Shown here: positions 10,824 through 24,396 of the stretch, piece by piece
How the letters are laid out: each line of letters begins with the position of its first letter
How positions within the stretch are numbered: position 1 is the stretch's first letter
IMG/VR virus record: IMGVR_UViG_3300033420_000007
Location: 1 to 52,279 of that record
Length of the DNA stretch: 52,279 bases
Source: a virus
Taxonomy: Duplodnaviria > Caudoviricetes
Strand: one strand, 5' to 3'
Notes under the pieces: generated by a model
The model's database searches: none
Seen by the model: the letters and a program-made list of their open reading frames with translations, nothing else
Told to the model about the DNA's origin: nothing
Made by a program: the position numbers and the translations under genes

Positions 10824-11450
10824 TTATTTATGATATTCTTGTCTTGAACCTAAAGTATTCTCTTCTAAATGTATGTCTACAAAAGTCGCTGATACTGTTC
10901 CTGCATAAGGATCAGCTCAAGCAAATAATCAACTTGCATTTGTTGTATCTCTATACATTCTAAATTCTATTGTATTACTCAATCAAGCACCAACTGGTGG
11001 TGTTAATCAAGCAACTGTTCAAGATATTTGGTTTATAGTTCAAGATGTATATGGAAGTTTAGAGTCAGTAAATGGTAAGTTTTTCCAAGTGCTATCAATA
11101 GCTTGTCAGTTTATTTGTCGTCTATATTGGAATAACCAGTTAGGAATATTGTTTGCATTTTGCTTTCGGTGTATATGTGGATACACAATACTACCAATTT
11201 TCCAAGCATGTCTTGTCTGCATATTTCAAAAAGTATAATCAGATAAGTTTGCAGAATTAGTATAATTAATACTATTTTCTGTATTACTCAAAGATATTCA
11301 AGAACCTGTTTGTCTTAGTGTGTTTCAAGCACCAAACAAATCTTCAAAATATGTAGCATCTCAAATAGCTTCATAAGTTCAATCGTTTTCAAACTCTGAA
11401 TAGTTAGTTGGAGACCCTATATTAATTTTCTTAGCATATTGGTATGTCAT
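10824..11450 (-). CDS. Putative virion or tail-associated protein (208 aa)
   Basis: Open frame in the late operon; beta-rich; TAATG-coupled to the upstream gene. Confidence 0.6.
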
Positions 11451-11935
11451 TATTTTCTATAAACAGAAATATAAAATCAATTAACAACAATATCACAAAC
11501 TCAATCAGCTGTAAACCTTAATTCTCAAGGATTGTTCTTCATTCAAGAACCTCCTATATAGAACTTTTCTGTCTCAACGATATTATAGGTTCAAGCATTC
11601 TTGAAATATTGATTGTCAATTGTTAAATCAAATGGTACTCATCAGATATCAAAAGTAAAGTTTAACTTCACTACTGTTCATGGAGTAACTATATCTACTA
11701 ATATATCAACTCTTATCATTACCTCATCTCAAATATCTAATCAAGAGAAGTTAAATTGATTTGTAGCTGTGTTCCATAGTTGTGTAATATTTTTTGGGTG
11801 GAATTGACTTGTAGAAAAAGGTCAAGCTCAATCATTAGTCAATACTATTGTTCAAGTTGTGTATGCAATTGGAACTGATTGTGTAGCTAGATCGTTATAA
11901 TCTATAAATCAATTACGATAAGGTTTATATGACAT
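11450..11935 (-). CDS. Putative virion or tail-associated protein (161 aa)
   Basis: Open frame; beta-rich composition. Confidence 0.6.
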
Positions 11936-11945
11936 TATTGTTTTT

Positions 11946-12407
11946 TTAAATAATAAACCGTTCTACATTTCAATCCGAAACTACAGTAATATTTGTATAC
12001 TGTGATGATATTGTTTGTGTTGTTTCTCAATCTATTGTTTTTGAGTCTGCTGAAATAATATTTACAACATTTACAGAGCTGTCTATTTTCTTGATATGAT
12101 ACACTTTTCAGTCATTTTCTGCAGGAACTGGAAGAGTAATTAATATATCTCCACCACTAGCATCAACCAAAACAACTCAATATGAAGTATCCAATAAAGT
12201 GCTTTCTGATACAGTAGTTATTTGGTTTATATAAAGTCAAGAAAATACAATGACTTTCCAATTGGCTATATCATCGATAAAATCTCATGAAACTGTAGAT
12301 GTGTGTTGTGTAATACATCTATATAATTTATTATCATCTACATATACTTGATCGTCTACCGCATATAATGTATATTGTTGCCAGTCAACAGCTCATACTC
12401 TTGTCAT
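11946..12407 (-). CDS. Tail-associated protein with an N-terminal CBM5/12-like motif (153 aa)
   Basis: DWQQYTLYAVDDQVYVDDNKLYRCITQHTS; C-terminal ITVVSDGNVEWFII. Confidence 0.6.
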
Positions 12408-12431
12408 ATTTTTTTAATTTAAATAGTAAAA

Positions 12432-12587
12432 TTATACTGCCACTTCTTCCTCTTCTTGTGGTTCTGTTGTTATCATTCATTTTGAAAACAATCTAACCTT
12501 GTTAAGAATAGCATCAAGATTATCGTTTATTCTCAATCATTCGTTAAGATTTAATTCTCTTAATATAAGTGCGATTTTTTCTTTCAT
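12432..12587 (-). CDS. Small hypothetical protein (51 aa)
   Basis: Open frame with the upstream initiation motif. Confidence 0.5.
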
Positions 12588-12611
12588 TTTGAAATATTTA
12601 ATAAATTAAAA

Positions 12612-15410
12612 TTAAGCTGTAGGCAAAACATACACAGGGGTCAATCAGTCAAAGTATTCTAAGTAATAACTAGAATTACTACCTTGCTTGATTTCACAAT
12701 GATGATCTGAAAACACTTGAACTGCTGGACCAAATGTAAATATAGCATTACTAAATCTTATACAGAATCTATTTTTTTGGACTACTCAACCACCATTGAA
12801 TGTAAGTAAGTTGTGGTCTCATTCAAATATATTAAATCTTAAATCAGATCAGTTTACTGTCAGGTCACTAATAGTTAATAAGCTAGTATTTTGTCTCATA
12901 TATCCATTAGCAAAATAACAATTTGTTGTTTCTCATAAAAATATATTATCAGAGAAATAACAATCAGTAAATGTGCATTGACTCAATCTTGTTGGAAACG
13001 AGTTTTTTTCAAATGCGAATGTACTTAGATAAAAAGTATTATTTACACTTCAAGTTCAAAAAGTATTATATGAGAAACCATAACCTCAAGGTCAGAAAAA
13101 GAACTGTTGGTTAACATCTCAAAAATTATTATAATATATTCCACTCGATCAAGTTATATTAAAATATCAACCAGATTTATAACCAAAAGTATTGGCTTCT
13201 ATTCTTGAAGCACTCGCTCTGAACCTCGCTCAATATCATCATTGGGCTCATCCTCATTGGCGAGTAAATATGTTTCAAGCAAAAGACTCTGTTGGTTGGA
13301 CAATATCAAACCATCTTGAATATAATCCAAAATAATTTGAGTTGAAACCACCTTGGACATCTATCATCATATTTGAACATTCACTTTCAAAAGTATTACT
13401 AAATGAAGTGCTATTCAAAGACCTTAAAAATATATTATAACATTGTTCTCAAAACCTAAAATTTATTTTTTGTCTTGAAGAATCATTTGAAAATAAGAAT
13501 ATCCAGCTGTTATTATTCCCGAAAGTAAAACTATTTCAACCTGAAACATAAATATAAATATCATTATTGCTGAAGCTAAAGTTAGCACAAGAGTTTAGTC
13601 TTATATTAATTAAAGAATTTCAAGTAATATAGCCAGAACTAGTTAATATTGAAGAGTATATTGTGTTAATATCCATAATAGAACAACCATTAAATATACT
13701 AGTAATAGCTCAAGATAGCTTTATATTGTTAGAGTTATACATATATATTCAATTACCTCATTTAATACTTACATCTGTACAACTTTCTAAATACGTTGAT
13801 GAAGTACCATCTATATTTATGTTGTTAGATCATGAAATAAATATTATTGCTCAATTATCAAATGTGGTAGTTCATGTTATTTTGACATTAGAATATGTAT
13901 TTCAAGGATTGAATACAAACTCATCTATATAATCAACCGCTAAAGCTGGGATAAATACTCATCAAATAGACAATCAATTAAAATCAAAAAGAGAATTAGT
14001 GTTTATATTGAAAACAGTAGATTGTCGTGTTGCTCATGAAGACGGATCTAGTGAATTATTTGTAGTGCTGTTATTCACATATATATCTCAATTAAATTCT
14101 GTTGGAGTATTAACAAAGTTTTGGGCATTAAGATTAACTATATCATATCATTTATAATTATTTAATGGATCATACGATAATCAAGTCATATCAGGTTTAT
14201 ATAATCTTGTTTTTTGTTCTACGAAATCAAAGTCAGTATCTATATTTCTTTCTGTGTCTATTCTTCTTGTTATAATTCAAGGTCTTGAAGCTAAGGCTGT
14301 GCTGAACTCAGAATAGATATAAGAATAATCAAGTGAGTCTAAAAACAAAGCATCAGCTCTTCACTGAACACGAGAATAAAAAGATGGTCAAGTCAAATCT
14401 AGTAATGGTTCATCCAAAAACTCTATTTCAAAAACTCATCATCACAAGTCAGTATAATTATAATTTACTCAAGCTGTTGAACCGTTATCTACATAAACAG
14501 AATTTACTCAGTCACTAGCATTAGCATTTCGGCTAAGAGGATTTACTCATATAATATCATAATCAATAGTTATTTTTGTAGGTCAAGTAAAGTTTATGTT
14601 AAAATTTCAAATTTGTGTTCCGTTATCATTTTCAGAATATTTATATCATGGAGCAAAATTCAATACTTGAAACTGATATTCTCCACCTCAAAGGTTTGTT
14701 AAAAGATAATCTACTCAAATAATAGAACTTGAATCAATAGTAAAACTACTACCATAATAATCTTCTCAATAAATTTCACCACCACCATCAAATGCAGGGA
14801 GTAGATCTACTGTGAAAGTATTACTTGTCACATTACTTGTTGTGAAATCTCAACTTGATGCTCAAGTGTACCATTCAGAATACAGATCAGCTCAGTAAAT
14901 AATGTTATTAGTGTAATCGTAGTATATTTCATCGTTAGGTCTTGATACTGATTCTACTTTATTATCTATTTTATTTATATCAATAGCTGTAATAACAAGT
15001 TCTTCTACTGCTCATTGAAAATATTCTTGAACATTCGCAAATTTACCTATTGTTTGATAGTCAGTAAGTTTATATTTATTTCAAGGAATAAGTGCAGATG
15101 TACTTATTAAAGTTTGTAGTTCAGCATAAGTGACATCTACTACACTAGGTATAATAGATAGTAATTCATTTATAGCTGGTATAATCTGTTGTTCTGTAGT
15201 TGATAATGAAGTCCAATTAGTGTTATCTAATAAATTTCAACTTCAATTATCTATAAGTTGATATTCAATTTTTGTCACACTATCAGTTACAATCATTCCC
15301 CAATATCTATTACTTAATAGATTTCTTTCAGCTATAGAGCTTACATATAACCTACTATCTAATGTTTTATTAAATTTAGGATTTATTTGTGAAACATAAT
15401 TTTTAATCAT
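12612..15410 (-). CDS. Large tail fibre/tailspike-like protein with beta-solenoid repeats (932 aa)
   Basis: Start and stop share a frame; repeated (N/T)xFGxxCxxNxF-type units in the C-terminal half; not every internal codon was checked. Confidence 0.7.
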
Positions 15411-15412
15411 TA

Positions 15413-15628
15413 TTAGATATTATTAAATAAAGCATTCTCTAAATCTTGTAAATTTTGTAGTTCTTGAGAAGATAACTCTACAACAGTTCCATCTACTAAT
15501 TTATATAGTTTTCATAAATCAAACTCTCAATCAATAAAACTACTTCATTCAGGTATTCACTCGCGTTCTATAGCATCATTTGATACCATTTTTAATATCT
15601 CTCAATCTTTAATATAAACTCTTGTCAT
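15413..15628 (-). CDS. Small tail-associated hypothetical protein (71 aa)
   Basis: Open frame under code 25. Confidence 0.6.
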
Positions 15629-15647
15629 TTTATAATTGTTTAAAAAA

Positions 15648-16877
15648 TTAAATAGTTTCAATCCAGGTAGGACTTGTGGCTACTGCTACGCTTCTTCAAG
15701 TTAAAGTCATTGTATCTTTATCAGCTTCATACAATATAGAATTAGTGTATGATATAACATACAATTTACCTGCGTAGAAAGTTAAAGCTCGCGGTCAAGT
15801 TATTCAGACTAGCGTTCAAACTACTGTATCTGTTATAGGGTCTATTTTTGAAACTGTATTACTTCAATAGTTAGTTAAATAGATATATCATTCATAGTAT
15901 CTAGGATGTCAAGATGTATTTCAAGTAGCTATAGTTCAAGTTTGTGTCATTGTTATTGTATCAACCTTTATAAGTCATCATCAGTTTTTATAATCTGTTA
16001 CATAACAATTAGTTCAAACAAGACAATTTCACCATAGAAAAGTTGATGGTCAAGACACACTTCTTCAAGTCAATAGAAATGTATTCAAATCTATTTCTCT
16101 CAAATAGTTTCAAGTATAACAAGAAACATATCATAATCATCTATCGTAATCAAAACTTACTCATACTGGATATACTCAAGGATTTAATGTTGCTACTATT
16201 CATAAACTTTTATTTACCTTAGTCATAAGGTTTCAAGTTCAATTTAGTGCATAAATAACATTATAATCAGTAGCTATATATCAACTATTACTAACAGCTA
16301 ACGGACTTCAAACTTGGTCTGTTAATGTCTCTATATCTAATTTGTGTAAGTCGGGTGTTGTTCTATCTGAAACATAAATATATCAATCAAGAAATTTAGC
16401 CATACTAGCACTTCATCATAATGATTTAGTTCTGGTTACTGTCATTGAGTCAGGATTTACATCGTATAATCAGTTAGTTCATCAAATATACAATCATATA
16501 GGTAGTTTATTTATCTTTGTTATGTTAACTATGTAATTTCAAGACACTAAGCTATTTATAGTAAATCAAGTATTAGTAAAATATTTGATTTCCATATCAA
16601 CTTCTTTTCAATCACTATCAACTATTGATATAATAACATTAGGTGTGTTAAAAGTATGTACTATGATTTTATCAACTCAAGCCAATAAAGTAACTCTTTG
16701 GCTACTATTAAAAGTAGGAGGGGAAAAAATAGAAAATTTAGTGGGGGCATTTATTGGGGTATCTCCTACATTTGTGGTTGTCAAAACATCATAAAGTTCT
16801 CAATCAAACTTTACTATCTCTGATATATAAAATACATCAATTAAATTATGGTCTTTGATTTGTTTGACTATTTTCAT
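15648..16877 (-). CDS. YVTN/YncE-type beta-propeller protein, putative receptor-binding (409 aa)
   Basis: Repeats such as YLTNYGSNTVSKIDPITDTVVGTL. Confidence 0.7.
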
Positions 16878-16900
16878 TAAGGTCTATTTTAAGAATAAAA

Positions 16901-17167
16901 CTAAGCATCTACCCAACCATTAAAACTATCTGATTTCAAATATTTGTAACCAATAGTTTTTAAATTTTCCTCAAGATTTTTTGTAGAATCAACAGCAGTA
17001 TTCAAATCAATATTAGCACTTATGCTTCAATATACAGGTTTTGAAAATTCATCAAGTTCTGAATTTCTCATTTCTGCATTTTTGTAAATTTCCCAAGAAA
17101 TATTTTTCAACATTGGGTTTACAGAGTTGATTTTTAAATACTGTCAATTACTATTTACTAGAGCCAT
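16901..17167 (-). CDS. Putative tail-fibre chaperone (88 aa)
   Basis: Small gene after a fibre gene; ends GYKYLKSDSFNGWVDA. Confidence 0.5.
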
Positions 17168-17194
17168 TTTATAAAATTGTAAGAAAATAAAATA

Positions 17195-20100
17195 TTATCA
17201 AGGTATTATTTGAGGCATTTTTGCTTCTACTCTCCATCTAATTGGTTCGGCTGTTCAAGTAACATACATATACAATATTCAGTTTAATCAGTTTACTGTA
17301 GGATTTACATCTCGTGTTTCAGTTCAAGCATCAAAAGCAACTACAGTTTTGTTTATTGCTCATCAAACTATTCTAGCAATATTTGAAGCATTCTTTGTAA
17401 ATGCTCATTCTAATTTCCATATTTTACAAAGTGTTCCTGTTGCATTTTTAGCAATCGCTATAGCATCAAATCAAACAACACATTCCGGAAACACTATTGA
17501 TAAACTTGAGTTTCCAGCTGTATTACCTCTTAAAAATATTTCTGTTTGTGCTGCTGAATTTACTTCTCTATGTCGTTCATTTATAGCACATCAATATCTA
17601 TTGTCTGAAAAATCATTATCATTACCTCGGAATATACCTCCTTCTCAAGCTCTGTTGTGCGATTTATATCAAATTGTAATTCAGTAAGCATTGTTTTTAT
17701 CTTCTGTGTATGCTCATAATATAACTGTACCAAATCAATCTGCTCTATTTCAAGCACCAAGAGCTGTTCAGTATTGTCAAAAAGCTTTTGCTCTATATCA
17801 AAATGCGGTGGATTCTGTGTTTCTTGACTCACATTGTGGTCATACTCAAGTCGCTCAGTTTCAAGTTACCTGACTTCTATTTCAAGCTCAATAAATACTA
17901 GTATTAGACTCATTAGCTCAAGCTCATATCCAGTTTCAATTCTTTCAATAATAAGTCCTACCTTGCTTTGGAAAAATATAATCTATCTGTCAATCAGCAG
18001 GTGTTTCTAGTAATATTTGTCAAATATTTGTATAATAGGTATCATTTATTATAACTACTTTTTCATTATCATTAGGTATCCATAACATTACACTGTATGA
18101 ACTATTTCAGCAATCCATAACAAATACATTTCACATTGTTCTATCAAGGGTTTGACTTCCAGCAGTCAGAGTTACTATTGTTTCATCAAAAGTGACAAAT
18201 TCGTTTTCCCATTTTCAAGAGGCTGCATTATATCTAAGAAAATCATTATCTTTCAATCAAACTATAAAGTTTATACAATCTAATCATCCATTTATTGGAC
18301 TATTTACTGCAATCAATGCTGTATTCGCTGGTCAGTCAAAGTATCCTGAAGTAGTTCAAACCAGTACAGAATTTGTACTCCAATATACCTGAGAGGGTAA
18401 ATCTGTAGGTGCTGCTTCGTGATATGAATTTCCGTTTATATGAAAAATCCAACCTCAAGAAGGTCATACATCTCAAATTGCGTAAGGAGTTAGAGAAGTA
18501 AAAGTTCTAACTGGTCTTACATTCATAACATTATTTTTTGAACCTACTGTAGGTCAGCCTCAATCCATTCGATAAGCGAGAGCATTACTATCACTTGATT
18601 CTTCTGAACTTCGATACCAATCATATTGGAATCACGCTACATTTCAAAAGTTTACAACAAGTTCATTATACATATCAGCAAGTTCTAACATTGTTGGCAT
18701 ATACCAACCTGTATAGATATTATCAATATTTGTATCAGATAGGTTTTTAAGTTCCATAACTTCTTCAAAATCTATATTATCAGTTCATACAATAGCTGTA
18801 GTATTTCACATTGTATGAAATATTTTATTTGCATTTATAGTTCATTCTTCAACTGAAATAATAAATCAGTTTGCATCACTTCAAGCTAACATATTACTAG
18901 CTCTTACTGCAGATGATGGTGTTGCTCAAGCAATCCATATTCACGCTTCTGTTTCATATCAAGCAAGTGGATTGTAGTACAAAATAATGTCCCCCGCTGT
19001 AGTAGTAACTCAATCAATATCTTGTCAGGTAAAAAAATCTCAAGGTACTAATCAGGTATCTCAACTACAAGTCACTTTTACAGTTGCATATTTTGTTGCA
19101 GGTGTTGCAAAAGATTCTCGTACTGCTGCTCAAACTGAATTATCAGTACAAATATATTTTAGTGTTCCAAAAGTTATAATATCTCATACATTAAAGAATC
19201 TTCAAATTAAAGCTGTATCTACGGCATCATAATCAGCAGTAGGAATAGCTAAACTTGTATAGTGAATAGCCTCTCTGAAAGAAGGTGTTACACTTGTTAA
19301 TATAAACTCCTCGTATAGTGTTGTTGGTAAATCAGAGGAAATAAATACAAGTCATCAATTACCAGAAACCACAGTATTTGATGTAATTCAAGGAGATGTT
19401 CGAGTAGAATCTGAACCAGTAGCATCATAATTTAGACGGTCTGCAACAAATATTCAGTCTGCTGTTTGTCTACTTCATACATAAGTTAAATCAATAATAT
19501 TATATACGAAAAATTCAAAATTAGATGAAGAACCTACTCAAGAACAAAATAAGTGTGTTCAATCATTAGAGCATCAGAATATTGTTGTCTGAGAAGCACT
19601 CGCTGTTAAGCTTTGGTCGAAGTGCATAGACAATATACTTACTCAAGATATTGTTACTCTTGCATATCATCAAGCAGTATTATTTGGGTGTCTTCAAGTT
19701 ATGATAAATTCTGTTGCAGATATTTGTGTGATATTATTCATATCTACTGTTGGAGCTAGGTTATCATACACCATCGGAGCAAAAAATGCTCAGTCTGTAT
19801 TGAATACAGCACACATAGCATATCAGTTATGCGTTCAAGTTACTATAAGTCTATTTACTCATAAATCATTGTATACTTTTATACTTTTTACATATCCATT
19901 AAATCAAAAGTTTGTGAGTCATACTGTATTAAATGCTCAATCTACAACGGTAATATTACACATTCATCAGTCGAATCTTCAAACCAACGCAATATAATCT
20001 GTTCAAGCAACATTATAACTTACACTATCATAAAAATCAACATTTACATATTGCCTTTGGTATCCAATAGATAAGTCTGCTGTGTTCAATTTCAAAACAA

Positions 20101-21067
20101 CACATTCTCAATTAGAAAATCAAGTTAGTATCAATAAGTTATTTGAGTATTTTAAAGAAAATACATCTGATACATCTACTCCACTTATCTCATAAAATTG
20201 TGTTTCAACTACATTTCAAAAATTATCTACTTTCGTTACTCAACTTTGTCATACAGATGTTTTTGTCCAAGCTAAGTATAAATAACTTCAATCTGATGCT
20301 ATAGCTTTAGCTGACAAATCAGCTCACACTGTAGATATTTTTTTCGTTCGTTGAACAGAATAATCTATTCAGCTTATTCTCTGTAGAATTAAACCATCAG
20401 TAGTCATATCCTGTGAATATCCATACAAGAAATAATCTCCGTTATGAAATATAGTTTCAGCTCATCTGAAATCCAATCAGGCTACTATATTACTAACTAC
20501 CTCTCAATGTATCAAATCAGTAGATTTAAAACCTCACATACTAGCTCAGTTCTCTAATTGAATATCAAGAGTAAAAAATCAGTCTGCGTGATACTCTCAA
20601 GCATATACTGATGTTCTAGTTGTTGTTAAATTTCAAAGGTTATCAAAATAGTATTCATTCTCTGTAAGTCATCGTGATGAAGCTTCTACTTTTCATTTAG
20701 TAAGAACTTTATTATCTCAAATTTTTAATCAAACTACTTGTGTTTTATTGAAAGGTTCTTCATACACTTGTGTATCCTTATTTCGTACTACTCCTTTTCA
20801 AACAGCTAAAAGAGTATCTACAGTTACATCTGAAATAACATTCTCAGGTATTTTCTTTATCCATCTTGTAAGTCAACCTAATCAAGTATCCAAAAATAAA
20901 TCTCAATCAACAGCTAAGTTTCAAGCATTACTATCAAAGTAATACTCTGAATTATTTTCAAATACAAAACTTCTATCTCAATCAGTAAGATTTATAGCTG
21001 ACTGCAAATCTGAAAGTAGGTTATATTTCCAGTTTCTGATATGTTGCTGATTTGTGATACCACTCAT
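17195..21067 (-). CDS. Long mosaic tail fibre/adhesin with a propeller-like region and an internal DUF1566/CLec-like domain (1290 aa)
   Basis: Start and stop in frame; YTGWYMPTMLE...WYWSSEES...NVRPVRTF near 18500-18720. Confidence 0.7.
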
Positions 21068-21130
21068 AGTTTACATACATTATAGGATAAATTTGTTTCT
21101 TATACCCAATACCTTAGCATTAAATATAAG

Positions 21131-21161
21131 AAACAAGGGAGGGATTAACCTCCCAATGTTT
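21131..21161 (-). terminator. Intrinsic terminator
   Basis: GGGAGG-loop-CCTCCC stem followed by TTGTTTCTT. Confidence 0.6.
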
Positions 21162-22076
21162 TTAGTTGTTGCTTTCAACTTGTATTTCAAATCTATCTCA
21201 AATAGAGAGAGGTTCTGAAAAATGAAAAGTTGTAGCAGTATCTCGTATAGCATAAGTTCATTTTGTCACAGCTCATACTCAAACCAATGTAACTACTCTT
21301 AGGTTGTTATCATTGAAATCAGCTCAAGATGTTCCAAGTGTATTAACAGTATCTCCAGTCACAGTAGCCGTTCAAGCTGTTGCTCAAGCACCAGTAGTAA
21401 TATCAATAACTTCACTAGCTACATAAGCAGCAGTTACTTCGTATTTTCTTACAAGTGGTTCTACAGTTTCAGGTTTGATAACATCTGGTCTTCCTTTGAA
21501 ACCATCTTTCATAGATATTACTGCTTCGTTTTTCAAAGCGTAAACTCTATTCACAGCGAAATCAACTGTCTGATTCAATGTCACTAATTGTACTGCACCA
21601 TCTTCAAGAACTACAACGAATGAAACTTGTAAATTTTCTGTACCAGCTCATCCTACTGCATCTCAATCAACAGCTGTACTAGCAGCTTGCATCAATCAGT
21701 AAACTTTTCTTCCTGTAGTAAAATCAATAATAGGGTCACGAGTTACTCAATCAACCAATTCAACCATATTCAGTACATTACCATAAGAATCTGCTGTATT
21801 ATTTGTACTAGCTGTACCTACTGCTCCTGCTAACGCAGTTGCGAATACTCAACCGTTGTCTTGTGTTGTAGCTAATCATAAAGCAATTGTACCTGCAAAC
21901 ATTGTAGAATCTACAAGTGTGTACTGGGCATTAACTGCCAAATCAGCATCTAAAAGAACACCTCTTGCAACTTCCATTTTTTGCATCAAGTTGTGGAGTG
22001 TGTCGTAAAGTCCTTTGTTTCCAATTGCTTGACTTCTTTTTAAGTCAATATGAAGTGCGTTTGTTACTCAAGCCAT
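21162..22076 (-). CDS. Probable abundant virion protein (304 aa)
   Basis: Ala/Thr/Gly-rich; has its own terminator like the capsid and tube genes. Confidence 0.6.
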
Positions 22077-22091
22077 AGTTTATAAAAGTAA

Positions 22092-22691
22092 TTAGGATAA
22101 AATAGTGATAACATCACCAGCATTTACATCTATTGTTAAAGATAGATGCGTTTGGTCTACTCGATTAGTATAAACTCATTTTGTTAGTTCTAATCAAGAA
22201 CAGTAAATTCTATATTTGATTCATCAGTTAAATAATGGTATTGATACTCACAAATCTCAAACATCTCCTGACAATGTATATCCAACTCAACTTGCAGTAA
22301 CATCTAATGAAGTTCCTGATACAATATTTCAAGTTACTGAAAGTATTGTTTGTTTTGTTGAAGTAAACTGTGAAACATTATCTGAAAATTTCCGATTAAG
22401 ATTGTTGTTTATATCAGTATCAAAATAACCTCTTTTCAATTCATAAGCTCAATTATTTGTTGGAGTAACATCGTCCCAAACATACACAAGCATTCATCGA
22501 CTCCTTCTGTCTGTTATTATCAAATCCCTATCAATTATAGTCTTGTGACTCTGATATCATCATTTTCCTAGGATATCAAGGTGCGTTGGAAAAGGGTCTG
22601 AATAGTCTGTTGGAGCTACTCGTCATCCCATTCTAACTCATCAATCTATTCAGGGATTACCAGATAGAGGTATTTGTTCAGGTATTGCCAT
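22092..22691 (-). CDS. Putative virion protein (199 aa)
   Basis: Motif DRDLIITDRRSWGMLVYV resembles the N-terminus of 12612-15410. Confidence 0.6.
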
Positions 22692-22711
22692 TTAGAATAT
22701 TTTTAAATAAA

Positions 22712-23419
22712 TTAAACGATTCTTAGATTTTGTATTCCTCCCAAAATATTTACACTTCTATAAACATTATAAGGCAATACTACTCAGAAAGAGTTAGTCA
22801 CATTAACTGTTCATAATTGTTTCTGAAAGGGAACAGGGAATCAAGTTCAAACATCTTTTATGTCAGATGTTGGGTCAGCTATATTTCAGAACGAAGCAGG
22901 ATATGCAAAATATTTATAATTTCATAAAGCTAATCAAAACGGATATACTCAAACAAATTGATTCTGCATATTAACATTTGCTAGTGCTTCAATCTGAACA
23001 TCATTTATAGTTGTTGCTGGATTAGAGCCTCGGTAGAATAATGAAACAAATCTAACAAGAACTGTATTTGATACTCCTGAAAGTGCTGTATCATCAACTA
23101 CTCTTGCAGTATAAGAGAAGGTACTTCATACAACATTACTTGTCAATCATACATCAGTATAATTGTCTGTTCAACCAGCAGGTCAAACAAGATGAGTAGC
23201 CATATTTACCATATTTTTTCTATAATCCAAGGAAACTATATTATTTGTTCATTTAACAAAAGTAGCATTGAGAATAACATTTACAATATCTCATACTTCA
23301 TAATCTCAAGCTTGTGGTGACGATAAAGTCACACTTGGTGGGGTTGTGGTTCATCCAGTTCAAGGAACTAAGTCTAACATTCCTGAAATAGGATTTGGCT
23401 CAAAATCATAATCTACCAT
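22712..23419 (-). CDS. Putative virion protein, Ig-like/beta-rich (235 aa)
   Basis: YEVGD...YKYFAYPASFG motifs. Confidence 0.6.
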
Positions 23420-23434
23420 TTTTAAGTATTTATT

Positions 23435-23611
23435 TTAAGTAAAATTATGCAATATTGTAAGTATATTTATACATATTAAAGATGATTGTTGTATTACCTT
23501 CTCTTTGCCGCACATACACTTACATTTTAGATAGTGACTCTTGTTTATAAATCACATATCCTCAATAACAGTTAATCTTCAAAAGTTCTTTCAAATTAAA
23601 TTTTCTTTCAT
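23435..23611 (-). pseudogene. Truncated HNH/AP2-type homing endonuclease (N-terminal Cys domain only)
   Basis: LIGKNFGRLTVIE...KCKCMCGKEK, then loses similarity to the intact paralogue at 25674-26318. Confidence 0.7.
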
Positions 23612-23710
23612 AATTAAATATTTACATAGTAAAGGTATGATAATATATTTGGGAGAGTTAATATCCTTTACATACTTACTCACATTAAGCCGCTAAGCCC
23701 CAAAGATAAT

Positions 23711-23992
23711 TTATATATTGTAGGTGTAGCTTTGGACTACTGCCAAGTCTGTAGCGGGTAATTCATACTTATGTCCTCCTTTTCAAGTTATTGCATTGAA
23801 AGCGTGTGATATAGAATCTGTGCTTCAACCAACACTAATCTTTCTCATAATCTTAAACTTAGCATCTGTAAGTGCTAATGCAGTTCAAGTTAAAGCCATA
23901 CAGTAATAAGTTTCATCTGGTCAGTTACGATATATTTTCATATCTACTGGTGCTCATCACATCTGATTGAAATCTGGATATATTCCTTGCAT
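23711..23992 (-). CDS. Small virion protein (93 aa)
   Basis: Open frame ending YTYNI*. Confidence 0.65.
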
Positions 23993-24015
23993 ATTAGTTA
24001 TTTTTAGAAAATAAA

Positions 24016-24369
24016 TTAGCTACCTAAAACTACATAATCAATTACTACCTTATCAGTAGTTGAGGTATTAGTTACAATTATAGTAGGTACATCCCCGTTA
24101 AATTCAAAAGATGTTACATTAGTTATAACTACAGCTCATATAGTCAAATTAACAAATCAATCTGCGAATAGTTTAATATATTTAGGAGTAGTTATACCTG
24201 AATAATCTAGTGTGAAAGGTACTGGTATTGCTGCAGGATTAAGTATTTCTTTATTTCTAGTGTACTCTTTCTGGTCTATAATAGTTATAGATTTATTTAA
24301 TACCGCTACTGAATCAGAACCATCAGTAACTTTTAAATTATTCACAGCTTGTAAAGTAATGTCTGCCAT
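24016..24369 (-). CDS. Putative virion protein (117 aa)
   Basis: Extends ORF 24157-24369 through TGA. Confidence 0.65.
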
Positions 24370-24370
24370 T

Positions 24371-24389
24371 ATTATAATGTCATTATAAG
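24371..24389. promoter_or_regulatory. Palindromic operator copy 2 (ATTATAATGTCATTATAAG)
   Basis: 1 nt before the ATG at 24369; matches the 3845 and 42221 copies. Confidence 0.55.
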
Positions 24390-24396
24390 TTAAAAT

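Noticed and set aside
18480-18760. Diversity-generating retroelement targeting the DUF1566/CLec-like domain
   Set aside because: No reverse transcriptase or template-repeat copy was seen in the window, and the domain is internal; a DGR elsewhere in the genome cannot be excluded
24371-24389. PerR box controlling dps
   Set aside because: It has similar half-sites but 7-3-7 rather than 7-1-7 spacing, and it lies downstream of dps
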